In this document: positions 28,230 to 37,628 of the stretch, one piece after another
Layout: each line of letters begins with the position of its first letter
How positions within the stretch are numbered: the stretch's first letter is position 1
Origin: Treponema sp.
Lineage (GTDB): Bacteria; Spirochaetota; Spirochaetia; Treponematales; Treponemataceae
DNA: 64,000 nt
Assembly: GCA_016297415.1 (NCBI GenBank)
Contig: JAEDGQ010000002.1
Span: forward strand, 16,172-80,171
Direction of reading: 5' to 3'
The notes under the pieces: generated by a model
The model's database searches: none
What the model saw: the letters and a program-made list of their open reading frames with translations, nothing else
What the model was told of the DNA's origin: nothing
Translations under genes and position numbers: made by a program

Positions 28230-29024
28230 TTAGCGTTTAAGATTTACTGCTGTAGAAAGCATACTGTCTGTTGTCTGAATTGCTTTTGAATTGAATTCGT
28301 AAGCTCTCTGAGCAACAATCATCTGTACCATTTCGTTTACAACAGAAACGTTAGACATTTCAACAAACTTGTGTTTAGTAACACCAAAACCGTCAAAACC
28401 AGGACGACCTGCAATTGCTTCTCCAGAAGCGTTTGTTACTTTGAAAAGATTGTCACCTGCAGCTTCAAGACCTGCATTATTTGGAAAACGATAAATTTCC
28501 ATCTGGGCAACATCAATAGGGTCATCCTGTCCGAAGATTTTTACAGTTACACGTCCATCATCTGCAATTGTAAGAGTGTGAATGTCAAAACCTTCCGGAA
28601 GAATAACTTCAGGCATAACACGAAGACCGTTTGAATTAACAAGCTGTCCGTTTGAATCAACTTTGAATGAACCATCACGTGTGTAAGCATAACTTCCGTC
28701 ATACTGCTGAACACGGAAAAAACCATCACCAACTACGGCAAGGTCTGTATCAACACCTGTTGCCTGAAGAGAGCCCTGTGTAAAAATACGCTGTGTAGCT
28801 GCAACTCTTACACCGGCACCCTGCTGAATACCAACAGGAGTAACAGTATCTTCAGTTGCTGGAGTTCCGGCAAGCTTTACGTTCTGATACATAAGGTCTT
28901 CAAATTCAACACGCTGCTGTTTGAAACCTGTTGTATTAACATTTGAAAGGTTATTTGAAATTGCATCCAGGTTAGACTGCTGTCCGTTCATACCTGTTGC
29001 TGCTGTCCATAAACTTCTTACCAT
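28230..29024 (-). CDS. flgG: Flagellar basal-body rod protein FlgG
   Basis: SLWTAATGM..ISNNLSNVNTTGFK, YTRDGSF, EMSNVSVVNEMVQMIVAQRAYEFNSK. Confidence 0.95.
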   Translation of the reverse strand: MVRSLWTAATGMNGQQSNLDAISNNLSNVNTTGFKQQRVEFEDLMYQNVKLAGTPATEDTVTPVGIQQGAGVRVAATQRIFTQGSLQATGVDTDLAVVGDGFFRVQQYDGSYAYTRDGSFKVDSNGQLVNSNGLRVMPEVILPEGFDIHTLTIADDGRVTVKIFGQDDPIDVAQMEIYRFPNNAGLEAAGDNLFKVTNASGEAIAGRPGFDGFGVTKHKFVEMSNVSVVNEMVQMIVAQRAYEFNSKAIQTTDSMLSTAVNLKR

Positions 29025-29039
29025 TTATTATCCCTCCCC

Positions 29040-29834
29040 CTAGCGGATAAGCGCAACTTTTGTCCAGAGAGTTGACATCATACTGTCTTCACTCTGAATT
29101 GTTTTCTGGTTAGCTTCGTAAGCTCTGTTAACTTCAATCATTTTAACCATTTCGTTAACTACATTTACGTTACTTGTTTCCATATATCCCTGAAGCATTC
29201 TAGGTCTTTCCTTACCCTCAGCGATATAAGCATCTCCAGAGATGTTATTGCTTGACCAAAGACTGTTACCCATTTTTTTAAGGTAGCGTTCATTATCGAA
29301 ACGAACTACTTTAACACGGTCAATAAAATCACCTTCTTTTGAGTAAATCATACCGTCTTCATTAATCATGAATTTATCGTCTTCAACATGAATGTATCCG
29401 TTTTCACCAAGTAAAGGATATCCGTCTTTTGTTTCAAGGATTCCTTCTTTTCCAAGAAGAAAGTTACCGTTACGGGTATATTTTTCCCCTGCAGGAGTTT
29501 CTACAGCAAAAAAACCTTCTCCACCAAGAGCCAGATCTGTTGCTGCACTAGTTGCACGGAAAGAGCCCTGTTCAAATTCAGTAAAATTTTCGTTAGTTTC
29601 AACACCAAGTCCAAGCTTACCGATTACAGGCGCTGCATCTGCAGAACCAAAAGATGTTGTATAAACACCATCAGCTTTTGTTCTTCTTAATAAAAGTTCA
29701 GGGAAAGAACTGCTGACTGCCACATCACGCTTGTAGCCGGCAGTATCAACATTTGCAAGATTGTTTGAAATTGCATCCAGACGGTTCTGCTGGGCATTCA
29801 TACCACTTGAACCGATGTACCATCCTCTAATCAT
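29040..29834 (-). CDS. flgF: Flagellar basal-body rod protein FlgF/FlhO-like
   Basis: ISNNLANVDTAGYK, YTRNGNF, ETSNVNVVNEMV; first gene of the rod operon. Confidence 0.85.
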   Translation of the reverse strand: MIRGWYIGSSGMNAQQNRLDAISNNLANVDTAGYKRDVAVSSSFPELLLRRTKADGVYTTSFGSADAAPVIGKLGLGVETNENFTEFEQGSFRATSAATDLALGGEGFFAVETPAGEKYTRNGNFLLGKEGILETKDGYPLLGENGYIHVEDDKFMINEDGMIYSKEGDFIDRVKVVRFDNERYLKKMGNSLWSSNNISGDAYIAEGKERPRMLQGYMETSNVNVVNEMVKMIEVNRAYEANQKTIQSEDSMMSTLWTKVALIR

Positions 29835-29873
29835 AATTTCTCCATGTTTTTAATGATTAAGTCTTCTTATTAA

Positions 29874-29900
29874 TTATCGGAATTGAAAATTATGAGTTTA
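29874..29900 (-). promoter_or_regulatory. Sigma28 (FliA) promoter of flgF-flgG-flgJ
   Basis: TAAA-N15-TCCGATAA on the minus strand, 40 nt upstream of the flgF ATG. Confidence 0.8.
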
Positions 29901-30014
29901 GAAAATTATTTTTTATAATTTGAATATAAATATGTCTATTTCTGACAGCTTATGATATAATTCAATTAAAGGGTTGTTATAACCTTTTCAGTTAAAAAAG
30001 ACAGGTTTAATAAA

Positions 30015-31424
30015 TTGAATATTTTACTTTTGAGCATCAGTGCAGTTCTTATAATTACATTCCTTATCTTCTGGCTTGTTTCAAATCACAAAATGAAAAA
30101 GTTTATGATGCAGGATGAACTGACAGGATTAAACACAACTAAAAAATTCATTATTGATGTTAAAAAAAAGCTGGCAAATTCAAGAGCCAGTGAATACTCC
30201 CTCGTTTCTATTGATATTAATTCCTACAGATACATTACAGAAGCTTTTGGACAGGAAAAAAGTCTGAACATTATAAAAGCTCTTGGACATCATTTTGCAA
30301 AATCTGCTCCAGAAAACAGTGTTCTCTGCCGCAATTTCAATGATAATTTTTCATTTCTTATAAATGCAACATTCCTTCCGATTCTTGAAGATATTGTAAT
30401 CAATATGACAAGCGTACCGGATGAAATCACATCACTTCTTCCCGATCATTTTAAGCTGGAATTTTCTATTGGTGTTTACGAAATAAAAGATCCTGCAGAA
30501 AATGTTGAAGTTATGATGGATAAAGCAGAAACTGCCAGAAAAGCAGGTAAAGCAGGATTAAATCCAAAAAGAATCTGTATTTTCACAACTCAGATGGAAA
30601 ATACAACTCAACATGAAAAAGACATTATTTTTGATATGGAACGGGCTTTTCAGGAAAATGAATTCATCGTTTACTATCAGCCGAAGTTCCTTTTCAATAC
30701 AGGAAAAATCATCGGTGCAGAAGCCCTTGTTCGCTGGAACCATAAAAAACGTGGACTTTTAACTCCATCATACTTTGTACCTCTTTTTGAAAAAAACGGA
30801 TTTATCGAAAAAATCGACCTCCTTGTTTTTGAAAACGTATGTCAGTTTCTGGACAAATGGAACAAAGCGCAGGCCGGCAAAAAAGAAAAACAGCCCATTA
30901 CAATCAGCTGCAATCTTTCCAGAGTTCAGTTATACAACCCTGATATTGCAAAAATTTACAAAGCAATCGCATCAAAATACGAAATTGCTCCATCCTCAAT
31001 TGAAATTGAACTTACAGAAAGCCTTATGATGGACAACAAAGATCGTCTCTTAAAAGCAATGCACGATATAAAAAATGCAGGTTTTTCTATTTCTGTTGAC
31101 GATTTTGGTTCAGGTTTCTCTTCATTAAGCCTTTTAAAAGATATTCCTGCAAATGTTATAAAACTGGATAAAGAATTCCTTAACACACAAAACGATACAG
31201 AAAAAGAACATATTATCATTAACTCTGTAATCAAAATGGCAAAAGATCTGGATATGACAACTGTAGCCGAAGGTGTTGAAGACGAAAAACAGTCTGAACT
31301 TCTCAAAAACATGGGCTGTGATATTGTTCAGGGCTTTTTCTATGCAAAGCCAATGCCTTCATCAGCTTTCAATGAACTTCTTGAAAAATCAGACCATATT
31401 GAAGAAAAACAAGATAATCTTTAA
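30015..31424 (+). CDS. Membrane-anchored GGDEF(degenerate)-EAL c-di-GMP phosphodiesterase
   Basis: N-terminal TM; DELTGL; FNDNF at the GGDEF position; YQPK, EALVRW, EIELTES, DDFGSGFSS, IKLD, VAEGVE, QGF. Confidence 0.9.
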   Translation: MNILLLSISAVLIITFLIFWLVSNHKMKKFMMQDELTGLNTTKKFIIDVKKKLANSRASEYSLVSIDINSYRYITEAFGQEKSLNIIKALGHHFAKSAPENSVLCRNFNDNFSFLINATFLPILEDIVINMTSVPDEITSLLPDHFKLEFSIGVYEIKDPAENVEVMMDKAETARKAGKAGLNPKRICIFTTQMENTTQHEKDIIFDMERAFQENEFIVYYQPKFLFNTGKIIGAEALVRWNHKKRGLLTPSYFVPLFEKNGFIEKIDLLVFENVCQFLDKWNKAQAGKKEKQPITISCNLSRVQLYNPDIAKIYKAIASKYEIAPSSIEIELTESLMMDNKDRLLKAMHDIKNAGFSISVDDFGSGFSSLSLLKDIPANVIKLDKEFLNTQNDTEKEHIIINSVIKMAKDLDMTTVAEGVEDEKQSELLKNMGCDIVQGFFYAKPMPSSAFNELLEKSDHIEEKQDNL

Positions 31425-31505
31425 TCATTTTTTCTTTTTAATTTGAAAACTCCCGAATCTGGATTTATAATTAATTATTACTAAATATTTTTTTCAGGAG
31501 TTTTT

Positions 31506-32792
31506 ATGACATCTACAGTTAAACCAAGAGTAATAGCAATTATTTTAGGCGGTGGTAAAGGTACCCGTCTTTATCCTCTCACAAAAGAACGATCAAAACC
31601 TGCAGTTCCGTTTGGCGGAAAATACAGAATCGTTGATATTCCAATTTCTAACTGTATTAACTCCGGATATAGAAAAATCTATCTTTTGACACAGTTCAAC
31701 AGTGCATCTTTGCATCATCACATTACAAATTCCTACAACTTCGATAACTTCTCCGGTGGTTTCGTTGAAATTCTTGCTGCAGAACAGACACTGGAACATG
31801 ACGGATGGTTTGAAGGAACTGCTGACGCTGTCCGCAAAAACATGGTTCACTTCCGTTCACAGAACCCTACTCACTACATTATTCTTTCCGGCGACCAGCT
31901 TTACCGCATGAACCTTAAGAGTTTCATGGACAGCCATATAGAAAGCGGTGCTGACATTACAATTGCCACAACAGCTGTAAATCGTCACGATGCTTCTGGT
32001 TTTGGTATTATGCAGATTGATAAAAATCACAAGATTACAGCATTCCAGGAAAAACCAGCTAAAGACAAAGATATCTCTGACTGGAAAATTCCAGAGAATG
32101 CCCGTGGTAACCTTCCTGCAGAAAAAGAATACCTGGCTTCAATGGGTATCTACATTTTCAATGCAGATGCAATGGAAGAAGCACTTAACAACAACTTTAC
32201 AGACTTTGGCAAAGAAATCATTCCTCAGTCTATTACTTCAAAGAAAGTTAACTCATACATTTTTGACGGCTACTGGGAAGACATCGGTACAATCCGCAGT
32301 TTCTATGAAGCTACACTGGATCTTACAGAATACAATCCTTCTTTCAACTTCTATGACGTTGAAGAACCAATTTACACACATATGCGTAACCTCCCTCCTT
32401 CTAAGATTAATGGAGCAAATATTGAAAACTCCCTTACATCTGAAGGTTGTGTAATTACAAAAGCTACCCTCAAGCGTTCAGTAATCGGTGTTCGTTCTAT
32501 CATCGAAACAGGCTCAGATCTGGACGGTGTAATTACAATGGGTGCTGACTTCTACGAAACAGAAGATAAAAAAGCTGAAAATGCAAAAACAGGTAAACCA
32601 AACATCGGTATTGGTAAAAACTGTAAAATTGCTGCCACAATTATTGATAAAGATGCTGCTATCGGTGACAACTGTCAGATTAACGTAAGCGGAAAGAAAT
32701 ACGAAGACGGTGATCACGGTTTGTTCTATGCAGCAGACGGAATCATTGTTATCCGTAAGGGTGCAGTTATCCCGGCTGGAACAATTATCTAA
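31506..32792 (+). CDS. glgC: Glucose-1-phosphate adenylyltransferase
   Basis: GGGKGTRLYPLT..RSKPAVPFGG, GTADAVR, FQEKP, ASMGIY, YWEDIGT. Confidence 0.96.
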   Translation: MTSTVKPRVIAIILGGGKGTRLYPLTKERSKPAVPFGGKYRIVDIPISNCINSGYRKIYLLTQFNSASLHHHITNSYNFDNFSGGFVEILAAEQTLEHDGWFEGTADAVRKNMVHFRSQNPTHYIILSGDQLYRMNLKSFMDSHIESGADITIATTAVNRHDASGFGIMQIDKNHKITAFQEKPAKDKDISDWKIPENARGNLPAEKEYLASMGIYIFNADAMEEALNNNFTDFGKEIIPQSITSKKVNSYIFDGYWEDIGTIRSFYEATLDLTEYNPSFNFYDVEEPIYTHMRNLPPSKINGANIENSLTSEGCVITKATLKRSVIGVRSIIETGSDLDGVITMGADFYETEDKKAENAKTGKPNIGIGKNCKIAATIIDKDAAIGDNCQINVSGKKYEDGDHGLFYAADGIIVIRKGAVIPAGTII

Positions 32793-32816
32793 TAAAAAAG
32801 ACAGGAATAACTAAAG

Positions 32817-33296
32817 ATGCCGGAATCAATGTACGATAAATTAGGAGAGCTTCTCCGAGATGCCATTGATTCCGGCAATTTTTTTGACCAGAATCAGAAT
32901 AAAAAAGAGCAAATCTCCAAAGAAACTAACTCAGAGTGTATACAAAATCATACAGGAAATACTCAGAATCAGCAAAATACAGAAAAAGACAATAATTTTA
33001 GCTCAAATAATGTACACAAAAGTATACATCTTAATACCGATTCCCCCAACTGTATAGTGTCTAATTCAAAAAAACTTATAAAATATGCTCATCCTGACAT
33101 TCAAAAAGCCTGTTCCCTTCTTGAAATCACAGATGATATGAATTTTGATCAGGCAAAATCTCAATACCACAAAAAACTTCAAAGATTTCACCCGGACAAA
33201 AACGCTGACAATGAAATTATGAGGAAAATTACAAGAGAAAAGACAGGACAGATTGTAGAAGCCTGGAAACTTCTGGAAAAATGGTACTCTGAATAA
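32817..33296 (+). CDS. Small protein with C-terminal J domain
   Basis: ACSLLEI...AKSQYHKKLQRFHPDK...IVEAWKLL; N/Q-rich linker. Confidence 0.8.
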   Translation: MPESMYDKLGELLRDAIDSGNFFDQNQNKKEQISKETNSECIQNHTGNTQNQQNTEKDNNFSSNNVHKSIHLNTDSPNCIVSNSKKLIKYAHPDIQKACSLLEITDDMNFDQAKSQYHKKLQRFHPDKNADNEIMRKITREKTGQIVEAWKLLEKWYSE

Positions 33297-33299
33297 GAA

Positions 33300-34673
33300 T
33301 TAATCTTCAAAATCTGCTTCACTTTCGGTAGAAATACCATACTCATTAAGTTTTCTGTGAAGAGTTTTTCTTCCAATTTTTAATACATCTGCAGTTTTAC
33401 TTTTATTGCCTTTGTTAGCCTGAAGGTTCTGCAGAATAATTGTCTTCTCTGCTTCTTCCAGACTTGTTCCAATAGGAATAATTATTCCATCTTTAGCTTG
33501 AGATTCCGGAACATTTATTGTCAGATCTTCAACTTCAATTTCATTACCTGCCGCCATTACAACAGCACTTTCAATACAATGTTCAAGTTCACGAATGTTA
33601 CCTGGCCACTTATAAGCAAAAATTGCATTTTTAGCTTCTGTTGAAAAACCAGAAATATGTTTCCCGTTTTCTTCATTAAACCTGGAAACAAAAGTGTTAA
33701 GGAGAACAGGAATATCTTCCCGCCTTTCCCGAAGAGGAGGAACATTAATTTCAATCCCCTTTAATCGGAAAAATAAATCTTCCCTGAAGCGGCCGGCTTT
33801 TACTTCTTCTTCCAGATTTTTATTGGTAGCTGCAATAATTCTTACATCAACTTTAAAAGTTTCTTCGCCGCCTACCCGTTCAAAAGTTTTTTCCTGAAGA
33901 ACTCTTAAAAGTTTAACCTGAATGTTTTTATTGATTTCTCCAATTTCATCAAGGAATATAGTTCCGCCATCAGCCTGTTCAAACTTTCCTTTATGCAAAG
34001 ATTCGGCCCCGGTAAAAGCACCTTTTTCGTGACCAAATAATTCACTTTCAAGAAGGGATTCGCTTAAGGCTGCACAATGAACTTTTACAAAAGCATTATC
34101 TTTGCGGCCAGAAGTATTGTGTATAGCATCTGCCACCACTTCTTTTCCTACCCCACTTTCACCTGTAATAAGAACACTGATTTTTGAATCAGAAACTTTT
34201 TTTACAAGCTGTTCAACTTTTAGCATGGCCGGACTTTTTGCTGCAAGGGACTTTAATTTTTTTTCATCGCTAACATCTTTTAAAAGCTGCTGATGCTGAA
34301 GACTTAATTCTCTGTTTTTAAGAGCACGTTTTACAACAAGTTCAAGATGATTAAGATTTAATGGCTTAGTTAAAAAATCATAAGCTCCGTTCTGCATTGC
34401 TGAAACTGCAGAATCAATTGAGCCGTGTCCAGTTAAAACAATTACCGGGATTCCAGGCATTTCAGCAGTTACTTTTTTCAGAACATCTTCACCGGAAATT
34501 ACAGGCATTCTCAGGTCTGTAATTACTAAATCAATATTACCTTTTTCAAGAAAATCAATTCCTTCCTGACCATTGGCGGCAACCTTAACATTGTAACCGT
34601 CCATTTCAAAATCAGTAGCAAGACCTTCCCTGATATTTTTTTCGTCATCAATTACAAGCAGAGTAAAATTCAT
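33300..34673 (-). CDS. Sigma54-dependent response regulator (NtrC family, Rrp2-like)
   Basis: Receiver (IDDE, TDLRMP), AAA+ (GESGVGKE, GAFTGA, WPGNIREL), Fis-type HTH. Confidence 0.95.
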   Translation of the reverse strand: MNFTLLVIDDEKNIREGLATDFEMDGYNVKVAANGQEGIDFLEKGNIDLVITDLRMPVISGEDVLKKVTAEMPGIPVIVLTGHGSIDSAVSAMQNGAYDFLTKPLNLNHLELVVKRALKNRELSLQHQQLLKDVSDEKKLKSLAAKSPAMLKVEQLVKKVSDSKISVLITGESGVGKEVVADAIHNTSGRKDNAFVKVHCAALSESLLESELFGHEKGAFTGAESLHKGKFEQADGGTIFLDEIGEINKNIQVKLLRVLQEKTFERVGGEETFKVDVRIIAATNKNLEEEVKAGRFREDLFFRLKGIEINVPPLRERREDIPVLLNTFVSRFNEENGKHISGFSTEAKNAIFAYKWPGNIRELEHCIESAVVMAAGNEIEVEDLTINVPESQAKDGIIIPIGTSLEEAEKTIILQNLQANKGNKSKTADVLKIGRKTLHRKLNEYGISTESEADFED

Positions 34674-35926
34674 TACAAATCCTCCTGACTGCTTTTTTTC
34701 TGCACAAGCAGTTTCTGCTGAGTCTGAGGAACAGGGATTGTAATTGTAAATTCAGTTCCTTCACCCTGAACTGATTCAACGGAAATATCTCCTGAAAATT
34801 CTTTAATAATTTTATAAGCCATAGCCAGGCCAAGACCTGTACCATTTGCTTTTGTTGTGTAGTATGGTTCAAAAACTCTTTCTTTAACTGCGCTGCTCAT
34901 ACCACAGCCATTATCTTTAAAAATCAGATAATATTTATCTTCTTTGATATAAGTTGTGATTGAAAGTTTTCCGTACATAACTTCTTCAAAGGCATGAGCT
35001 TTTGAATTTGAACTGAATCTTTCAGTAATTGCAGCAAGAGAATTTTGAGCAAGATTAACAATAACTTCCCTGAATAATTTTTCATCAATAAGAAGTTTTG
35101 GACAGTCTTTGCAGAACTCAGTTTCAATTCTGATTTTTTTCTCAGTAAACTCTGGAGTTAAAAAATCAATAAACTGTGAAAGTATTGTGTCTGGTTTAAC
35201 AAGAGTAAGCTGGGCAGAAATTGGTCTTACAGCCATCAGGAAATCAACAACAATTTTGTTCAAACGTTCAATTTCCTGATTTACGATTTCAAGGTAATTT
35301 TCAGCATATTTTGGATCAGGCAAAAGTCCATCGCCTTCTCTTTTCTTTTTCAAGGCCTTCTGCAGCAGCTGAATATGAATACTGATTGCTCCAAGAGGAT
35401 TTTTTATTTCGTGTGCCACGCTGGCTGCAATATTTGTTAACCCGGCAAGAGTTTCCATTCTGTGAAGAAGAATTTCCTGATTTCGTTTTTCAGTAATGTC
35501 TTGTATAAGAATAATGCTTCCAGAAATTTCATGTTCTTTAATTAAAGGGGAAACGGTAACTTCAATAAATCTGACAGATCCGCTGGAAGTTTGTGTAGTA
35601 TATTCATCGCTTAGATTTGTTTTGTTATTTTCACAACAGTCCTTAAAAAAGGCAGCCATTTCGCCGTCTTCGATAAATTCAAAAAAACGTTTTCCTCTGT
35701 CTTTTATTTCTTCAGAAGACAGATTTAAAGGCAGCATTCTTTCTGCTGCATTATTCATTTCTATCAGCTTCCAGTTTTTGTCTACACAAACAAGTCCTGT
35801 AGAAAGAGACTGGACAATAGACTTTAAAACATCATTTTGAAAGTGAAGTTCAGTAAAAAGAGATTCAAGCTGTCCCTGAGAGAATTTTGAAAGCTTCTCA
35901 TAAACTCTGTTAGAAATATCCTGCAC
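34673..35926 (-). CDS. Cytoplasmic PAS sensor histidine kinase (Hk2/Hpk2-like)
   Basis: PAS (MNNAAERML), AHEIKNPL, DNGCGM, GTGLGL; no TM segment. Confidence 0.92.
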   Translation of the reverse strand: MQDISNRVYEKLSKFSQGQLESLFTELHFQNDVLKSIVQSLSTGLVCVDKNWKLIEMNNAAERMLPLNLSSEEIKDRGKRFFEFIEDGEMAAFFKDCCENNKTNLSDEYTTQTSSGSVRFIEVTVSPLIKEHEISGSIILIQDITEKRNQEILLHRMETLAGLTNIAASVAHEIKNPLGAISIHIQLLQKALKKKREGDGLLPDPKYAENYLEIVNQEIERLNKIVVDFLMAVRPISAQLTLVKPDTILSQFIDFLTPEFTEKKIRIETEFCKDCPKLLIDEKLFREVIVNLAQNSLAAITERFSSNSKAHAFEEVMYGKLSITTYIKEDKYYLIFKDNGCGMSSAVKERVFEPYYTTKANGTGLGLAMAYKIIKEFSGDISVESVQGEGTEFTITIPVPQTQQKLLVQKKSSQEDL

Positions 35927-35931
35927 TTTAT

Positions 35932-37137
35932 TTACCTTAAATTAACTTTTCTGATAGAAGCCAGATCTCTGTAAAGTTTTTCAAGAGCGGCTACAGGTTT
36001 TACATTAAAAACAGAAACATTATTGTAACACTCAATAATTGCCTCCAGATTTTTATGTTCAATTTCTGGATTATTGACTTCACGCTGAGCTTCTGTCAGA
36101 CCTCTCAGGAATATTTTGAATAAAGTTCTAGGCTCAAAATCACCACAGTTTTTTACAAAAGCAGCAACATTAACAAGGTGATTATTTTTTATTCCTGCAT
36201 AATAATCAAAAGCTTCTTTTTTTATTGCATCAGGAGTTACCGGCAGATAAGTCTGAAGATACTGGATTACATTTTCATCATTTCCTTCATGATGGAACAC
36301 CCGGCTAATAACAGTTTTCTGCTGTTCACCTGTACGCTGAAAAAATGTATAAGTTCTTACTCTGGAAAGAATTGTCTGCATAACAGCACCCCTTCTGGCT
36401 GTAGTAAGAATAAAAAAAACATCTTCAGGAGGTTCTTCAAGAATCTTCAAAAGGGCATTACGGCAGCTTTCATTCATTTTTTCCACATTTTCAATAATGA
36501 TTACTTTTTTACCCTCATTTGATTTTAAGTGGGCCCAGAAAGAAGCTCGCCTGATGTGATCAATAGGCAGAGAATCATAAAGATAGCCGTTTTCAAGTTT
36601 TTCAGCTGAGGCAATGATTTTTTCAGTCAGTTTTTCCAGTTCTTCAACTGGTGGAAGAGCTTTCGAAATGCTTAAAATTTCAAGATTATCATTTATGTCC
36701 TCAAGAAGGGGCGAAATTTTTGAAATTTTGTCATCCCCTTCCCACAAAACAGGACTAAACCGCAAAGTAAGTTTTCGGACAGAACGAATAAAAAGATACC
36801 TGGCAGCTGTTATCCAGGTTGAATTATTAAGTGCTGCATGAATTAAAGTTTTTCTTGCAGCCAGCATTTCAAGAGAACAATCTCTTGGTCCCGCAAGAAT
36901 TATGTTTGTTCCGGTAAGCTCTTTATTTTTTCTGCAGGCAGGACAATCACAAAGCCAGTTTCCTTTTTCTAATGTTCCGTTTCCTGTACAAGAAAGCACT
37001 CTTCCTAATTCCAGGGCACAGGTAAGCTTACCTGATGCTTCAGGACCAGAAAGAAGAATTGATGAAGGAAGCTTATTGTTTTTTAAGTCAGTAATAAGCT
37101 GATTGGAAACATTCTGAAAAAGAAGATTGTCAAACAT
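35932..37137 (-). CDS. DNA polymerase III delta-prime-like clamp-loader subunit
   Basis: GPEASGK, CDCPAC zinc motif, NALLKILEEPP, TILSR. Confidence 0.8.
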   Translation of the reverse strand: MFDNLLFQNVSNQLITDLKNNKLPSSILLSGPEASGKLTCALELGRVLSCTGNGTLEKGNWLCDCPACRKNKELTGTNIILAGPRDCSLEMLAARKTLIHAALNNSTWITAARYLFIRSVRKLTLRFSPVLWEGDDKISKISPLLEDINDNLEILSISKALPPVEELEKLTEKIIASAEKLENGYLYDSLPIDHIRRASFWAHLKSNEGKKVIIIENVEKMNESCRNALLKILEEPPEDVFFILTTARRGAVMQTILSRVRTYTFFQRTGEQQKTVISRVFHHEGNDENVIQYLQTYLPVTPDAIKKEAFDYYAGIKNNHLVNVAAFVKNCGDFEPRTLFKIFLRGLTEAQREVNNPEIEHKNLEAIIECYNNVSVFNVKPVAALEKLYRDLASIRKVNLR

Positions 37138-37619
37138 TAAATAAACCGTCCTCTAACACTTTCAATTGATGAATTAAGATAGTTTTGAAGGAATCCCCAG
37201 AAAAAACTGTTCTCTGTTAATTTGTCCGGATTAAACCAGGGCTGGGCTTTTACAAGAATAAGCAGGGCACAAACAATGGCCAGTCCTTCTAATGCACCAA
37301 ACAAAAAACCAAGAACTCTGTCCAGACTGCCAAGAATCTCTCCTTCCATAATACTTTCAGTAAGTTTTTGAATAATTTTTACAAAAAGAAAAACAGCAAT
37401 AAACAAAATCAGAAAAGCAAGAACAATACTTGCAGCCGGATTAACAACTATTTTTTCAATGGAAGGAGCCAGTTTTCCACAGAATAAAAAAGAAACTACA
37501 GTTCCTGCAATAACTGCGATTTTTCCAAAAAGTTCCTGCAAAAATCCGTGCATACAGGCTGTTACGGCAAATGCCAGAATTATAAGCAGAAAAATACAAT
37601 CAAGAATATTCAAATGCAT
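37137..37619 (-). CDS. cvpA: CvpA family membrane protein
   Basis: Four TM segments; GFLQEL; LDRVLGFLFG. Confidence 0.85.
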   Translation of the reverse strand: MHLNILDCIFLLIILAFAVTACMHGFLQELFGKIAVIAGTVVSFLFCGKLAPSIEKIVVNPAASIVLAFLILFIAVFLFVKIIQKLTESIMEGEILGSLDRVLGFLFGALEGLAIVCALLILVKAQPWFNPDKLTENSFFWGFLQNYLNSSIESVRGRFI

Positions 37620-37628
37620 AACTTCAAC

